A DNA stretch of 64,000 bases from an uncultured Desulfobulbaceae bacterium (GTDB taxonomy: Bacteria > Desulfobacterota > Dissulfuribacteria > Dissulfuribacterales > DYLC01): assembly GCA_964427245.1 (NCBI GenBank), contig CAYRSX010000040.1:91258-155257 (forward strand), read 5' to 3'. Shown piece by piece: positions 16,535-25,929 of the stretch. Within the stretch, counting starts at the first letter, position 1. Every line of letters begins with the position of its first letter. The notes under the pieces are model-generated. The model was not told the DNA's origin, ran no database searches, and saw only the letters and a program-made list of their open reading frames with translations. The translations under genes were made by a program, and so were the position numbers.

Positions 16535-17407
16535 ATGGGGATCGGCAAACGTTTTGGCATACTTTTAGGGGCGATTAGTTTCTTGGTTTTAACGGTTATA
16601 AGTATCGCTACATATTGGATGAGTGTCAACAACGCCAAAATGACAGCTGAAGAGAAAGGGGAATTGATATTTCTGTATCAACTAGCATCCCTTGATTATT
16701 TTATGCAGAAGCAGATACCACTTGCCATGGAGCTCCTGGAAAAGGATCGTTTTTATCCGGAACTCATGTCAGGTTTTGCTGCATCACGCTGGATACATGA
16801 AAATTTCAAGGTATATATGCCTGCTTATGAAATAAAATATGCAAGTCTGAACCCCTTGCGCAAGGAAAATGCAGCTAATTCGGAAGAAAGCCGTATAATT
16901 CAGGAGTTCAAGGCGCAACCTGCGCTCAAACAACAGAAGGGTTTCATGAAATCGGAACAAAAAGGCCGTCTTTATTTTCTGGCGCGGCCTATTCCGGTGA
17001 AGGCAGATTGTCTTAAATGTCATGGTTCTCCGGTTGATGCGCCAAAGGATCAGATTGCCATATATGGCTCGACTCATGGCTATAATTGGCAGGTCAATGA
17101 TGTTCTTTCGATGTTTATAGTCTATATCCCTTTTGAACAGGTCTTAATTGATGCCAGATACAATGCCTTTAAGATATTTGCTCTTGGTGCAGCCATTTTG
17201 CTGGTGGCCATTCTGATTATCAGTTTAACCTTAAACAAGACTATCATAAGACCTATAGTGGATCTTAGCAAGCGGGCTGAAGAGGTCAGCATGGGTGAAA
17301 AATTGGACGAAAAGATAGTATATCCTGGAAAATATGAGATATCAGATCTGGCAAAATCCATCAATAGACTGAGAATAAGTATAAATAAAATGCAAAAGAT
17401 GTTATAG
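16535..17407 (+). CDS. membrane sensor: DUF3365 (Tll0287-like, CxxCH) periplasmic domain + TM + HAMP, no output domain
   Basis: AAGGAGAG RBS before ATG 16535. N-terminal TM 'FGILLGAISFLVLTVISIATYW'. 'CLKCHGSPVDAPKDQIAIYGSTHGYNWQVNDV' is a DUF3365-type motif. A second TM follows, then HAMP 'IIRPIVDLSKRAEEVS...ISDLAKSINRL', then the stop. Confidence 0.65.
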   Translation: MGIGKRFGILLGAISFLVLTVISIATYWMSVNNAKMTAEEKGELIFLYQLASLDYFMQKQIPLAMELLEKDRFYPELMSGFAASRWIHENFKVYMPAYEIKYASLNPLRKENAANSEESRIIQEFKAQPALKQQKGFMKSEQKGRLYFLARPIPVKADCLKCHGSPVDAPKDQIAIYGSTHGYNWQVNDVLSMFIVYIPFEQVLIDARYNAFKIFALGAAILLVAILIISLTLNKTIIRPIVDLSKRAEEVSMGEKLDEKIVYPGKYEISDLAKSINRLRISINKMQKML

Positions 17408-17416
17408 GAGAGGCAT

Positions 17417-18100
17417 ATGTTCAGAAAAACAATTCTTATAGGTTATGTCTTCTTAGTAGTAACTTGTATAAGTGCTTCAAACGTGATTGCTAATGAATGT
17501 AAATCTGTTCTAAATCAGGCTGAATCTGTAAGCTCATTACTGGAAAAAAATAAAATTCTGGGCGATGCAATCGGACAGTGTGGTCAGGATCCTGAGTGGA
17601 ATTATACTTATGCCTATTCCCTTGAACGCCTGAGAAAGTATGCGGATGCAGCTAATCATTATAAAAAAGCTATATCAATAGATAATAAACAATACAAGTA
17701 TTATGTGGGGCTTGGAGATGTGTTGAAAAATATGGGTAGTTATGAAGGGGCAGTGAATGCATATAAAAATGCCCTTCAATTAAATCCTAATGATCATAGG
17801 TTGGTCAAAGAATTGGAGGCATTGACGCCTATGATACCTAAAAAAGAAACAACTACACAGAAAATGCCTGAAGCACAGGAGATAAAACCGAAGGAACCAA
17901 CGGTAGCAAAAGAGGTTGAAAGATCGGTAGAAAATATTGCAATAAGCTTTCAGCAGCCTTATGAGAAATCTATTTGCTCCTTGAATGTTAATGAGGAAAA
18001 GCAAAAGAATTTATTAAGCATGACAGAGAAATATGTCAATGATATAAAGCAAAAAAACAGTGCGGATGTAGGCTATTTTACAACATCAATCAGCAAATAG
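17417..18100 (+). CDS. secreted TPR-repeat protein
   Basis: Signal peptide, then TPR units ('YAYSLERLRKYADAANHYKKAISIDNKQ', 'YEGAVNAYKNALQLNPND'). GGAGAGG RBS; 9 nt after the upstream stop. Confidence 0.65.
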   Translation: MFRKTILIGYVFLVVTCISASNVIANECKSVLNQAESVSSLLEKNKILGDAIGQCGQDPEWNYTYAYSLERLRKYADAANHYKKAISIDNKQYKYYVGLGDVLKNMGSYEGAVNAYKNALQLNPNDHRLVKELEALTPMIPKKETTTQKMPEAQEIKPKEPTVAKEVERSVENIAISFQQPYEKSICSLNVNEEKQKNLLSMTEKYVNDIKQKNSADVGYFTTSISK

Positions 18101-18120
18101 TCTAATAAAAGGATAAAAAC

Positions 18121-19395
18121 ATGCTCAATAAAATGACAATTTGTTTAAGCATAGTGGTGATATTGAATATATTTATAGCGGATCAAATTCTCGCTGATTG
18201 TGTTCAGGGGAATTGCATGGATGGTTACGGCGTCTTTGAGTACAGTAATAGTAAGTATTTGGGAGAGTGGAAAGACGGTAAGCGTCATGGTAAGGGCAAA
18301 AGAATCTATAATGATGGTTCATATTATGAAGGTGAATGGGTCAATGGCAGGGAGGATGGTTTAGGTGTCTCAGTGGACGCCAACGGCGAAAAATATGAAG
18401 GGCAATGGAAAAGGGGGAGCCGGAATGGAGACGGCTATCTGACATTGCAGGATGGTTCGAAGCATGCTGTGACCTATGAAGACGATATGCTTGTCACGGG
18501 TGGTGTCGAGGCTGTGGATGGTGCAAAGACGTCGGGTGTCAAGGCAGTCGCATTCGAGAAGGCTGCGCAGCAGCTATATGCCGACGGTAGCTCATACTCA
18601 GGAGAGATGGTTGATGGCCTTTATCACGGAAAGGGCATTCGGATTTTTGCCGATGGAGCGCGTTATGATGGCTACTGGGAACGAGGGGTACCATTCGGGA
18701 AAGGCGTCATGGCATATCCTGACGGAACGGTATATGACGGCGAGTGGGAAAAAGGTGTGAAAAACGGCAGGGGTGTCCTTGTGATGGCTGATAAAACCAG
18801 ATATGAGGGTGAGTTTGTCGACGGCCTGCCCAATGGCCAGGGATATTTCAAATATGCGGATGGAACGAGTTATCAGGGCGATGTTGTAAATGGGATTCCT
18901 CATGGTGAGGGCAGACAGGTGTATTTGAACGGCGATACATATCAAGGGCATTGGGAACACGGCAAAAGGACAGGTCAGGGCGTCTATGCCGCGGTAGCCG
19001 GAATCCGCTACGAAGGCAAGTGGTTGGACGATCTGCCGGCAGAGAATGGTGCTTTGGATTGCGGAAACGGTATAAAGGTGTCCGGCCCTATAAAAAATAA
19101 TGCATTTGTCGGCGAGGTAGTGGTTACATACCCTGATGGCGACAGGTACTCCGGCAATCTAAAAAATGGTCTGCGAAGCGGCAATGGTACATATCTCTTC
19201 AGAAACGGGCACAAATATTCGGGTGAATGGTCGGAAAACAGATTTTCAGGTGAAGGTGTGTATGCCTTTTCGGAGCTCAGTAAGTTTATGGGTAAATTTA
19301 AAAACAACATGGCTGAAGGCGATGGCATCTACATAGACTCAAGCGGCAAAAGATATGTGGGCAGGTGGCATCAAAATCATTTGGTTGGCAGATAG
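18121..19395 (+). CDS. secreted MORN-repeat protein
   Basis: N-terminal hydrophobic leader, then more than 12 tandem 'YxGxWxxGxxxGxG' MORN units across the whole protein. Confidence 0.75.
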   Translation: MLNKMTICLSIVVILNIFIADQILADCVQGNCMDGYGVFEYSNSKYLGEWKDGKRHGKGKRIYNDGSYYEGEWVNGREDGLGVSVDANGEKYEGQWKRGSRNGDGYLTLQDGSKHAVTYEDDMLVTGGVEAVDGAKTSGVKAVAFEKAAQQLYADGSSYSGEMVDGLYHGKGIRIFADGARYDGYWERGVPFGKGVMAYPDGTVYDGEWEKGVKNGRGVLVMADKTRYEGEFVDGLPNGQGYFKYADGTSYQGDVVNGIPHGEGRQVYLNGDTYQGHWEHGKRTGQGVYAAVAGIRYEGKWLDDLPAENGALDCGNGIKVSGPIKNNAFVGEVVVTYPDGDRYSGNLKNGLRSGNGTYLFRNGHKYSGEWSENRFSGEGVYAFSELSKFMGKFKNNMAEGDGIYIDSSGKRYVGRWHQNHLVGR

Positions 19396-19460
19396 GCGCA
19401 TTCATGATGGTTAGATATGGTTGGAATGTTCGAATCTTTTATGTTGTTCAATATTTGGAT

Positions 19461-19490
19461 TTGACAGCCTGCCGGAGTATCTTGTAATTT
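19461..19490 (+). promoter_or_regulatory. candidate sigma70-type promoter upstream of lon
   Basis: TTGACA (19461-19466), 18 nt, TAATTT (19485-19490). Pattern only. Confidence 0.3.
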
Positions 19491-19551
19491 GAACTGGAAC
19501 TTTCATTAGTAAATAGTGTCGTTCAATTTTTTAGAATAGGCGGCTCAGCCC

Positions 19552-21942
19552 ATGGAAATATCTGACACCTTGACTAGTATAATGGAATTTGGGGATCAAC
19601 AGTCCATCGACATTCCGGACCAATTGCCACTTATGGCTGTGAGGGACATAGTTATTTATCCGTCCATGATCGTTCCATTGTTTGTGGGCAGAGGTGCATC
19701 TGTGGCGGCGGTCAACGAGGCTATGGCTACCAATAAACTCATCTTTCTCGTTACTCAGAAGGATTCAGCCGAAGAGGATCCGGGTAAGGATGGGCTGTAT
19801 AAGGTTGGGGTGGTCGCTGTGGTTATGAGGGGGCTTCAGCTTCCGGACGGACGCCTCAAGATACTTGCCCAGGCCATCATGAAGGCCAAAATCCTTACAT
19901 TCGTGCAGGAGAAGCCGTTTATTGCTGTCAGGCTTAAGCCCCTGCCCGAGGCGCCGCCTAAGGGAACAGGGGTTGAGATCGAGGCCCTTATTCGAAATGT
20001 TAGAGAGCAGGCGGAAAAGCTCTTCGGGCTTAAGGGCGTTTTAAATCCTGAATTGACCGGTATTCTGAACGAGATTGACGATCCTGGCAGATTGGCCGAC
20101 ATGATCGCTTCCAATATGCGTTTTGCGCTTGCTGACGCGCAGCATCTTCTGGAACTTGTGAATCCATTGGAGCGGCTCAAGGTCCTAAACGACCTGCTCT
20201 CTCGCGAGCTGGAGATATCATTTGTGCAGGCCAAGATTCAATCCGAGGCCAAAGAGGAGATGAATCGCACGCAGCGTGAGTATTTCCTGCGCGAACAGCT
20301 TAGGGCCATAAAAAAAGAACTCGGAGAACTTGACGAAAAAGAGGATGAACTAGAGGAGTTGCGCGAGGGGGTCCTGAATGCGAAGATGCCGCAGGATATC
20401 TATGAAGAGGTCATGAAACAGATAGACCGTCTGGAGGCCATGCATCCTGATTCCGGCGAGACCTCCATGGTGCGCACCTATATCGAATGGCTCATCGATC
20501 TGCCCTGGTCGTCAGCGACGCGTGACAAAATGGATGTGGCTTATGCCAGACGCGTTCTCGACGAAGAACATTATGACCTAGAGAAAATAAAAGAGCGAAT
20601 ACTGGAATATATCGCTGTCAGAAAGCTGAATCGCCAGGTTAAAGGCCCTATTCTGTGTTTTCTGGGCCCTCCGGGTGTGGGTAAGACATCCCTCGGTCGC
20701 TCCATAGCCAAGGCCATAGGCAGAAAGTTCGTACGTATATCCCTGGGTGGTGTGAGGGATGAGGCCGAGATTCGAGGCCACAGACGTACATATCTGGGAG
20801 CCATGCCGGGCCGAATCATACAGGGTCTCAAGCGGGCCGGCACCAATAATCCTGTCTTTATGATGGATGAAGTGGATAAGATCGGAACGGATTTCAGGGG
20901 GGATCCTGCATCAGCCCTTCTGGAGGCATTGGATCCCGAACAGAATAACAGTTTTGTGGATCACTATATCGATCTGCCCTTCGATCTATCTAAGGTCATT
21001 TTTATTTTGACGGCCAATGCCACCGACACCATTCCTTCACCGCTTCTGGATCGTCTGGAGATCATAGAGCTCTCAGGTTATACCACCGAAGAAAAGAAAC
21101 AGATAGCTACGCGGTATCTTATACCGAAACAGGCGAAAGAGCATGGTATAAAACCGAGTCAGATGGAGATAACGGAACAAGCCCTGGTGTCTATCATAAC
21201 AGATTATACTCGTGAGGCCGGTGTTCGTGAGTTGGAGCGTCAGATTGGTTCAGTATGCAGGAAAATAGCCAAAAAACTGGCTGAGGGCCAGGCAGGTCCG
21301 TTCAGGGTCTCGCACAAAAACCTTCACCGCTATCTGGGAGTCGTTAAGTACCAGCCCGAACTGGCTATGGAAGAGGATGAAGTGGGTGTGTCCACCGGTC
21401 TGGCTTGGACACCATATGGAGGCGAGGTCTTGCGTATAGAGGCCGCTCTTGTGAAGGGTAAGGGGAATGTTGTGATCACAGGGCTTCTGGGAGAGGTAAT
21501 GAAGGAATCGTGCCAGGCCGCCCTGAGCTATACCAAGTCCATTTTGGAGAAATTGGGTATCGATTCAAAATTTTTTGAGGAGAAGGACCTGCATGTGCAT
21601 GTCCCTTCGGGCGCTGTTCCTAAAGATGGCCCTTCTGCAGGTATCACTCTTACTACGGCCATCATTTCATCGGCCCTTGGCAAGGCTGTGCGAAAGAACG
21701 TGGCCATGACCGGCGAGATCACACTTCGAGGCCGTGTTCTGCCCATAGGCGGATTGAAGGAAAAGTCCTTGGCTGCGCTGCGTTATGGAATCGAGACGGT
21801 CATAATACCTGAACAGAACCTGAAGGACTTGGAGGAATTGCCTTCATACCTCAGACGTGCCATAGCCTTCATACCTGTCAGACACATGAATGAGGTTTTA
21901 CCCCTGGTTTTCAAGGATAAAATCAGCCTGCAAACCTCCTGA
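19552..21942 (+). CDS. lon: ATP-dependent Lon protease
   Basis: 'GPPGVGKTS' Walker A and the '[11 protein letters not shown]' catalytic Ser motif, with a LON N-terminal domain. Confidence 0.95.
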   Translation: MEISDTLTSIMEFGDQQSIDIPDQLPLMAVRDIVIYPSMIVPLFVGRGASVAAVNEAMATNKLIFLVTQKDSAEEDPGKDGLYKVGVVAVVMRGLQLPDGRLKILAQAIMKAKILTFVQEKPFIAVRLKPLPEAPPKGTGVEIEALIRNVREQAEKLFGLKGVLNPELTGILNEIDDPGRLADMIASNMRFALADAQHLLELVNPLERLKVLNDLLSRELEISFVQAKIQSEAKEEMNRTQREYFLREQLRAIKKELGELDEKEDELEELREGVLNAKMPQDIYEEVMKQIDRLEAMHPDSGETSMVRTYIEWLIDLPWSSATRDKMDVAYARRVLDEEHYDLEKIKERILEYIAVRKLNRQVKGPILCFLGPPGVGKTSLGRSIAKAIGRKFVRISLGGVRDEAEIRGHRRTYLGAMPGRIIQGLKRAGTNNPVFMMDEVDKIGTDFRGDPASALLEALDPEQNNSFVDHYIDLPFDLSKVIFILTANATDTIPSPLLDRLEIIELSGYTTEEKKQIATRYLIPKQAKEHGIKPSQMEITEQALVSIITDYTREAGVRELERQIGSVCRKIAKKLAEGQAGPFRVSHKNLHRYLGVVKYQPELAMEEDEVGVSTGLAWTPYGGEVLRIEAALVKGKGNVVITGLLGEVMKESCQAALSYTKSILEKLGIDSKFFEEKDLHVHVPSGAVPKDGPSAGITLTTAIISSALGKAVRKNVAMTGEITLRGRVLPIGGLKEKSLAALRYGIETVIIPEQNLKDLEELPSYLRRAIAFIPVRHMNEVLPLVFKDKISLQTS

Positions 21943-21952
21943 ACAAAATGCT

Positions 21953-23086
21953 ATGAATATTAATCCGAATCTGCAACGACTGACCGACAGCTTTACAACC
22001 CTTGTGAGAATCGACAGCCCCTCAAAAGAAGAGGCGCAATTGGCCCACTGGCTTCGAGAGCGTCTAACTGCCATGTCAGCAGAGGTATATGAGGATGACT
22101 CGCGCGCCGTGACCGGTTCCAATACAGGGAATCTGATAGCGCGCATTTCCGGTGATTCTGCTATTACACCCCTGCTTTTTTGTGTGCATATGGATACAGT
22201 GGAGCCCGGCCGGGGCATTCAGCCGCAATTCAATGATGGCGTTTTTACCTCCAGCGGCGACACCATTCTGGGTGCGGATGATAAAGCTGCCATAGCCATA
22301 CTTCTGGAGGTATTGGCGCTTATACAGGAAAACGAAATACCCCATGGGCCGTTGGAGTTTCTCTTCACTGTCTGCGAGGAGATCGGTTTGCTTGGTGCAA
22401 AGGCCCTGGATGTCTCGCTTTTACAGGCCAGGTCAGGTTATGCCCTGGATGCCACCGATGTATTTAAGCTCATCACCAATGCACCGTGCGCCACGCGTTT
22501 TAAGGCCGGTGTGATTGGAAAGGCGGCCCATGCAGGCGCCAATCCTGAGGCCGGAATCAGTGCCATTCAGCTGGCGTCACGAGCAATTGCAGCCATGCCG
22601 TTGGGCCGTATCGATGCTGAGACCACCGCCAATATCGGTTTGATTCAGGGAGGAAAGGCTACAAATATCATTCCAGATCTGGTGGAGCTGCACGGCGAGG
22701 TGCGCAGTCACGATTTAGAAAAATTGCGTAAAACACAGGATGAGATACTGTCCCTGCTGCACAGGGTTATAGATGATTGCCCCAAACAGGAAGGCTTGCC
22801 CAGGCTGGAGATCTTTGTGCAGAATGATTATCCGATTTTGAATATAGAGAAGGAACATGCCGTGGTCGCCGCGGCAATGCGCGGTGCGGCAGCTCTCTCC
22901 AGAGAACTTGTTTTAGGCAGAACAGGCGGTGGAAGTGACGCCAACATATTGTGTGGCAAGGGAGTGGTATGTGCTGTTATGGGCATTGGAATGGAAAAGG
23001 TGCATACCACAAATGAATTTATTCGATTGATTGATATGGAGAACTGTTGTCGCCTGGTGGTTTCCATCATAAAAGAGTGGAAATGA
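21953..23086 (+). CDS. M20 family metallopeptidase (PepT-like)
   Basis: 'FCVHMDTVEPG', 'GADDKAAIA' and 'CEEIGLLGA' are metal-ligand motifs. The ORF-track start at 21890 lies inside lon, so ATG 21953 is preferred. Confidence 0.75.
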   Translation: MNINPNLQRLTDSFTTLVRIDSPSKEEAQLAHWLRERLTAMSAEVYEDDSRAVTGSNTGNLIARISGDSAITPLLFCVHMDTVEPGRGIQPQFNDGVFTSSGDTILGADDKAAIAILLEVLALIQENEIPHGPLEFLFTVCEEIGLLGAKALDVSLLQARSGYALDATDVFKLITNAPCATRFKAGVIGKAAHAGANPEAGISAIQLASRAIAAMPLGRIDAETTANIGLIQGGKATNIIPDLVELHGEVRSHDLEKLRKTQDEILSLLHRVIDDCPKQEGLPRLEIFVQNDYPILNIEKEHAVVAAAMRGAAALSRELVLGRTGGGSDANILCGKGVVCAVMGIGMEKVHTTNEFIRLIDMENCCRLVVSIIKEWK

Positions 23087-23091
23087 TCTCG

Positions 23092-23126
23092 ACGGGGTGT
23101 TTTGCCCCGTAAAACGGGGTATTTTG
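23092..23126 (+). terminator. rho-independent terminator (two alternative hairpins)
   Basis: acgggg-tgttttg-ccccgt, then ccccg-taaaa-cgggg, followed by TATTTT. Confidence 0.6.
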
Positions 23127-23296
23127 TCTCATTGTTTATAGAATAGATTTGTGATTGCCATTACTTTCGGTCCTTTTTCTATAGCGAGATGGAATGTATT
23201 GCAATACAGTCGCTAGAGTAAAAAGATTGTCAGAAATATCAGGGCAGGAAGGGGTCTCTACATACATTATTATCATCATTATGAGCATTCCTTATC

Positions 23297-23352
23297 GTCA
23301 TTGCGAGTGTAGCGAAGCAATCTTGTATGGGCAACTCATGAGTCGCTCATAC
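23297..23352 (+). repeat. 'gtcattgcgagtgtagcgaagcaatc' repeat core plus adjacent imperfect hairpin
   Basis: Core at 23297-23322, same family as 10094, 45008 and 49329. It is followed by tgtatgggcaactc/gagtcgctcataca inverted arms. Confidence 0.75.
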
Positions 23353-23461
23353 AAAGGTCAAGTGAGGATAGAATCTGATGGAATATCTTGGCACATTTTT
23401 GGCTATTTTTATATCCTTTGAGGTTGTTATCAAATAGTTAAATAAAAAAAGGAGCACAGTT

Positions 23462-25225
23462 ATGAAGTTGGATCCCACTACAATGAAGGACTGGCAGATC
23501 GCAGAGGCTGCCGAAGAGAACATGAAGACCGTCTATCAGCTGGCTGAGGACATGGGGCTCGAGAAGGACGAGCTTCTGCCCTATGGTCACTATGTCGCTA
23601 AAATCGACTATGCCAAGGTTCTGGAGCGGCTGAAAAATAGGCCGAATGGTAAATATATCGATGTTACGGCTATCACACCGACTCCGTTGGGAGAGGGGAA
23701 AAGCACCTGTTCAGTGGGACTGATGGAGGGGCTTGGCAAGCGCGGAAAACGTGTCATGGGAGCCCTTCGTCAACCTTCGGGCGGGCCGACCTTCAATATC
23801 AAGGGAAGCGCCGCTGGTGGCGGCCTTGCGCAAGTAATTCCTCTGTCCAAGCTTTCTTTGGGGCTTACCGGCGACATCAACGCCATTATGAATGCCCACA
23901 ACCTGGGCATGGTGGCCCTGACCGCCCGTATGCAGCACGAGGCCAATTATTCCGATGAAGAACTGGCTAAGAGAGGTCTAAAACGCTTGAATATACATCC
24001 AAAGATGGTGGAATTTCGATGGATTATAGATTTTTGTGCACAGGCCCTGCGAAACATCACTATGGGTATAGGTGGCAAGATGGATGGTTTCACCATGCAG
24101 AGCGGTTTTAATATAGCGGTCAGCTCCGAGATCATGGCCATTCTTGCCATCGCCAATGACCTTAAAGACCTGCGTGAACGCATAGGTCGTATCGTGGTGG
24201 CCTATGACCGCAGCGGCAAGCCTGTCACCACTGAAGACCTGGATGTGGCGGGCGCTATGGCGGCATGGATGGTGGAGGCAGTGAATCCCAACCTAATGCA
24301 GACCGTTGAAGGCCAGCCATGCCTCATTCATGCAGGGCCGTTCGCCAATATAGCCATAGGTCAGTCCTCTGTGATAGCCGATCGCGTTGGCTTGAAACTC
24401 AGTGACTATGTGGTGACTGAAAGCGGTTTCGGCGCTGATATAGGTTTTGAGAAGTTCTGGAACCTCAAGTGCCGCTTCAGCGGTATAAAGCCTGATTGCG
24501 CTGTTGTGGTTGCGACCATACGGGCACTGAAGTGCCATGGCGGCGCCCCCATTCCAGTTCCAGGAAAGCCCATGCCTGAGGAATACAGTAAGGAAAATGT
24601 GGGCTGGGCAGAGGCTGGTTGCGCCAACCTTTTGCATCATATCGAGACGGTCAAGAAGGCCGGAATCAATCCTGTGGTTTGCATCAACGCATTCTATACA
24701 GACACCAAAAACGAGATACAGGCCGTCAGAAGATTGTGTGAACAGGCAGGGGCTCGCGTGGCTGTGTCCGAACACTGGCTGAAGGGAGGCGATGGCGCCC
24801 TTGAATTTGCAGATGCGGTCATGGATGCCTGTAACGAGAAGAATAACTTCAAGTTCCTGTATGAGCTGGACGTGCCTCTCAGAAAACGTATCGAGATGAT
24901 TACAAAAGAGGTCTATGGCGGCGATGGCGTCACCTATAGTCCCGAAGCAGCCGCAAAGGCAGAAGCCATTGAAAAGAATGCGGAGCTGTCAAAGCTCGGC
25001 ACATGTATGGTGAAGACCCATTTGAGCCTTTCGGACAATCCGAATCTGAAGGGTGTGCCAAAGGGTTGGAAGCTTCATGTTCGCGACATACTGACCTATA
25101 AAGGCGCTGGTTTTGTGGTGCCGGTGGCTGGGACCATCAGTCTCATGCCGGGCACTGGTTCGGATCCCGCATACAGAAGGGTGGATGTGGATACGACTAC
25201 CGGAAAGGTCAAGGGACTTTTTTAA
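23462..25225 (+). CDS. fhs: formate--tetrahydrofolate ligase
   Basis: '[16 protein letters not shown]' P-loop with full-length conservation. AAGGAG RBS. Confidence 0.95.
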   Translation: MKLDPTTMKDWQIAEAAEENMKTVYQLAEDMGLEKDELLPYGHYVAKIDYAKVLERLKNRPNGKYIDVTAITPTPLGEGKSTCSVGLMEGLGKRGKRVMGALRQPSGGPTFNIKGSAAGGGLAQVIPLSKLSLGLTGDINAIMNAHNLGMVALTARMQHEANYSDEELAKRGLKRLNIHPKMVEFRWIIDFCAQALRNITMGIGGKMDGFTMQSGFNIAVSSEIMAILAIANDLKDLRERIGRIVVAYDRSGKPVTTEDLDVAGAMAAWMVEAVNPNLMQTVEGQPCLIHAGPFANIAIGQSSVIADRVGLKLSDYVVTESGFGADIGFEKFWNLKCRFSGIKPDCAVVVATIRALKCHGGAPIPVPGKPMPEEYSKENVGWAEAGCANLLHHIETVKKAGINPVVCINAFYTDTKNEIQAVRRLCEQAGARVAVSEHWLKGGDGALEFADAVMDACNEKNNFKFLYELDVPLRKRIEMITKEVYGGDGVTYSPEAAAKAEAIEKNAELSKLGTCMVKTHLSLSDNPNLKGVPKGWKLHVRDILTYKGAGFVVPVAGTISLMPGTGSDPAYRRVDVDTTTGKVKGLF

Positions 25226-25369
25226 AAAACTCCTTTTAATCCTTATTTGCTTGCAAACCTGTTTGATGAGATATATTCTTTTGTAAAAGGCTGTGCAATA
25301 TGTCATATCGCAACCAAAATATTAAGACAATATTGTGCAGCCCATTAAAAACACTATCAGGAGGGCACT

Positions 25370-25825
25370 ATGATGAACATTAAACACATTCTTTTCCCAG
25401 TTGACTTTACTGAAAGCTCCCAGAAGATCGTCTCCTACGTAAAACAGTTTGTTCATGCCTGCAATGCGCAACTTTCGCTGATACATGTGGTGAGAGGGCC
25501 GGAGGATTTCGCTGGTTTTGAACTCGGAGCCGCTTGGTGGACGTCCATTCAGAAAGAGGTGATGGATGGCGCCAATCAGGCCATGGACCAGTTTGTAAAG
25601 AACAACCTGGCCGATGTGCCCAATGTAAAAACATTCGTAACCATAGGAGACATTGTGGAAGAGATCGTAAAGTATGCCGATGTAAACAAGATCGACCTGA
25701 TCCTCATAGGCACTCACGGCAGAAAAGGACTGGAGAAGGCCATGTTCGGAAGTGTGGCGGAAGGTGTTGTGAAGGCCGCACCTTGTCCTGTTATGACGAT
25801 CAATCCTTATAAGATCAAGTCCTAA
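25370..25825 (+). CDS. universal stress protein (UspA family)
   Basis: 'ILFPVDFTESS' and 'LILIGTHGRKGLEKAMFGSVAEGVVKAAPCPVMTI'. Confidence 0.85.
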   Translation: MMNIKHILFPVDFTESSQKIVSYVKQFVHACNAQLSLIHVVRGPEDFAGFELGAAWWTSIQKEVMDGANQAMDQFVKNNLADVPNVKTFVTIGDIVEEIVKYADVNKIDLILIGTHGRKGLEKAMFGSVAEGVVKAAPCPVMTINPYKIKS

Positions 25826-25882
25826 AAACGTGTGATATTTCAGTACGATAATCGATTCCCCTGTAAGTTTTTGTTCTGCCGG

Positions 25883-25907
25883 AAGGGGGGTGTTTATATC
25901 CCCCCTT
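25883..25907 (+). terminator. rho-independent terminator after usp
   Basis: aagggggg-tgtttatat-cccccctt, followed by a T-rich tract. Confidence 0.6.
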
Positions 25908-25929
25908 ATATCTTTATTCTCTTGCAAAC

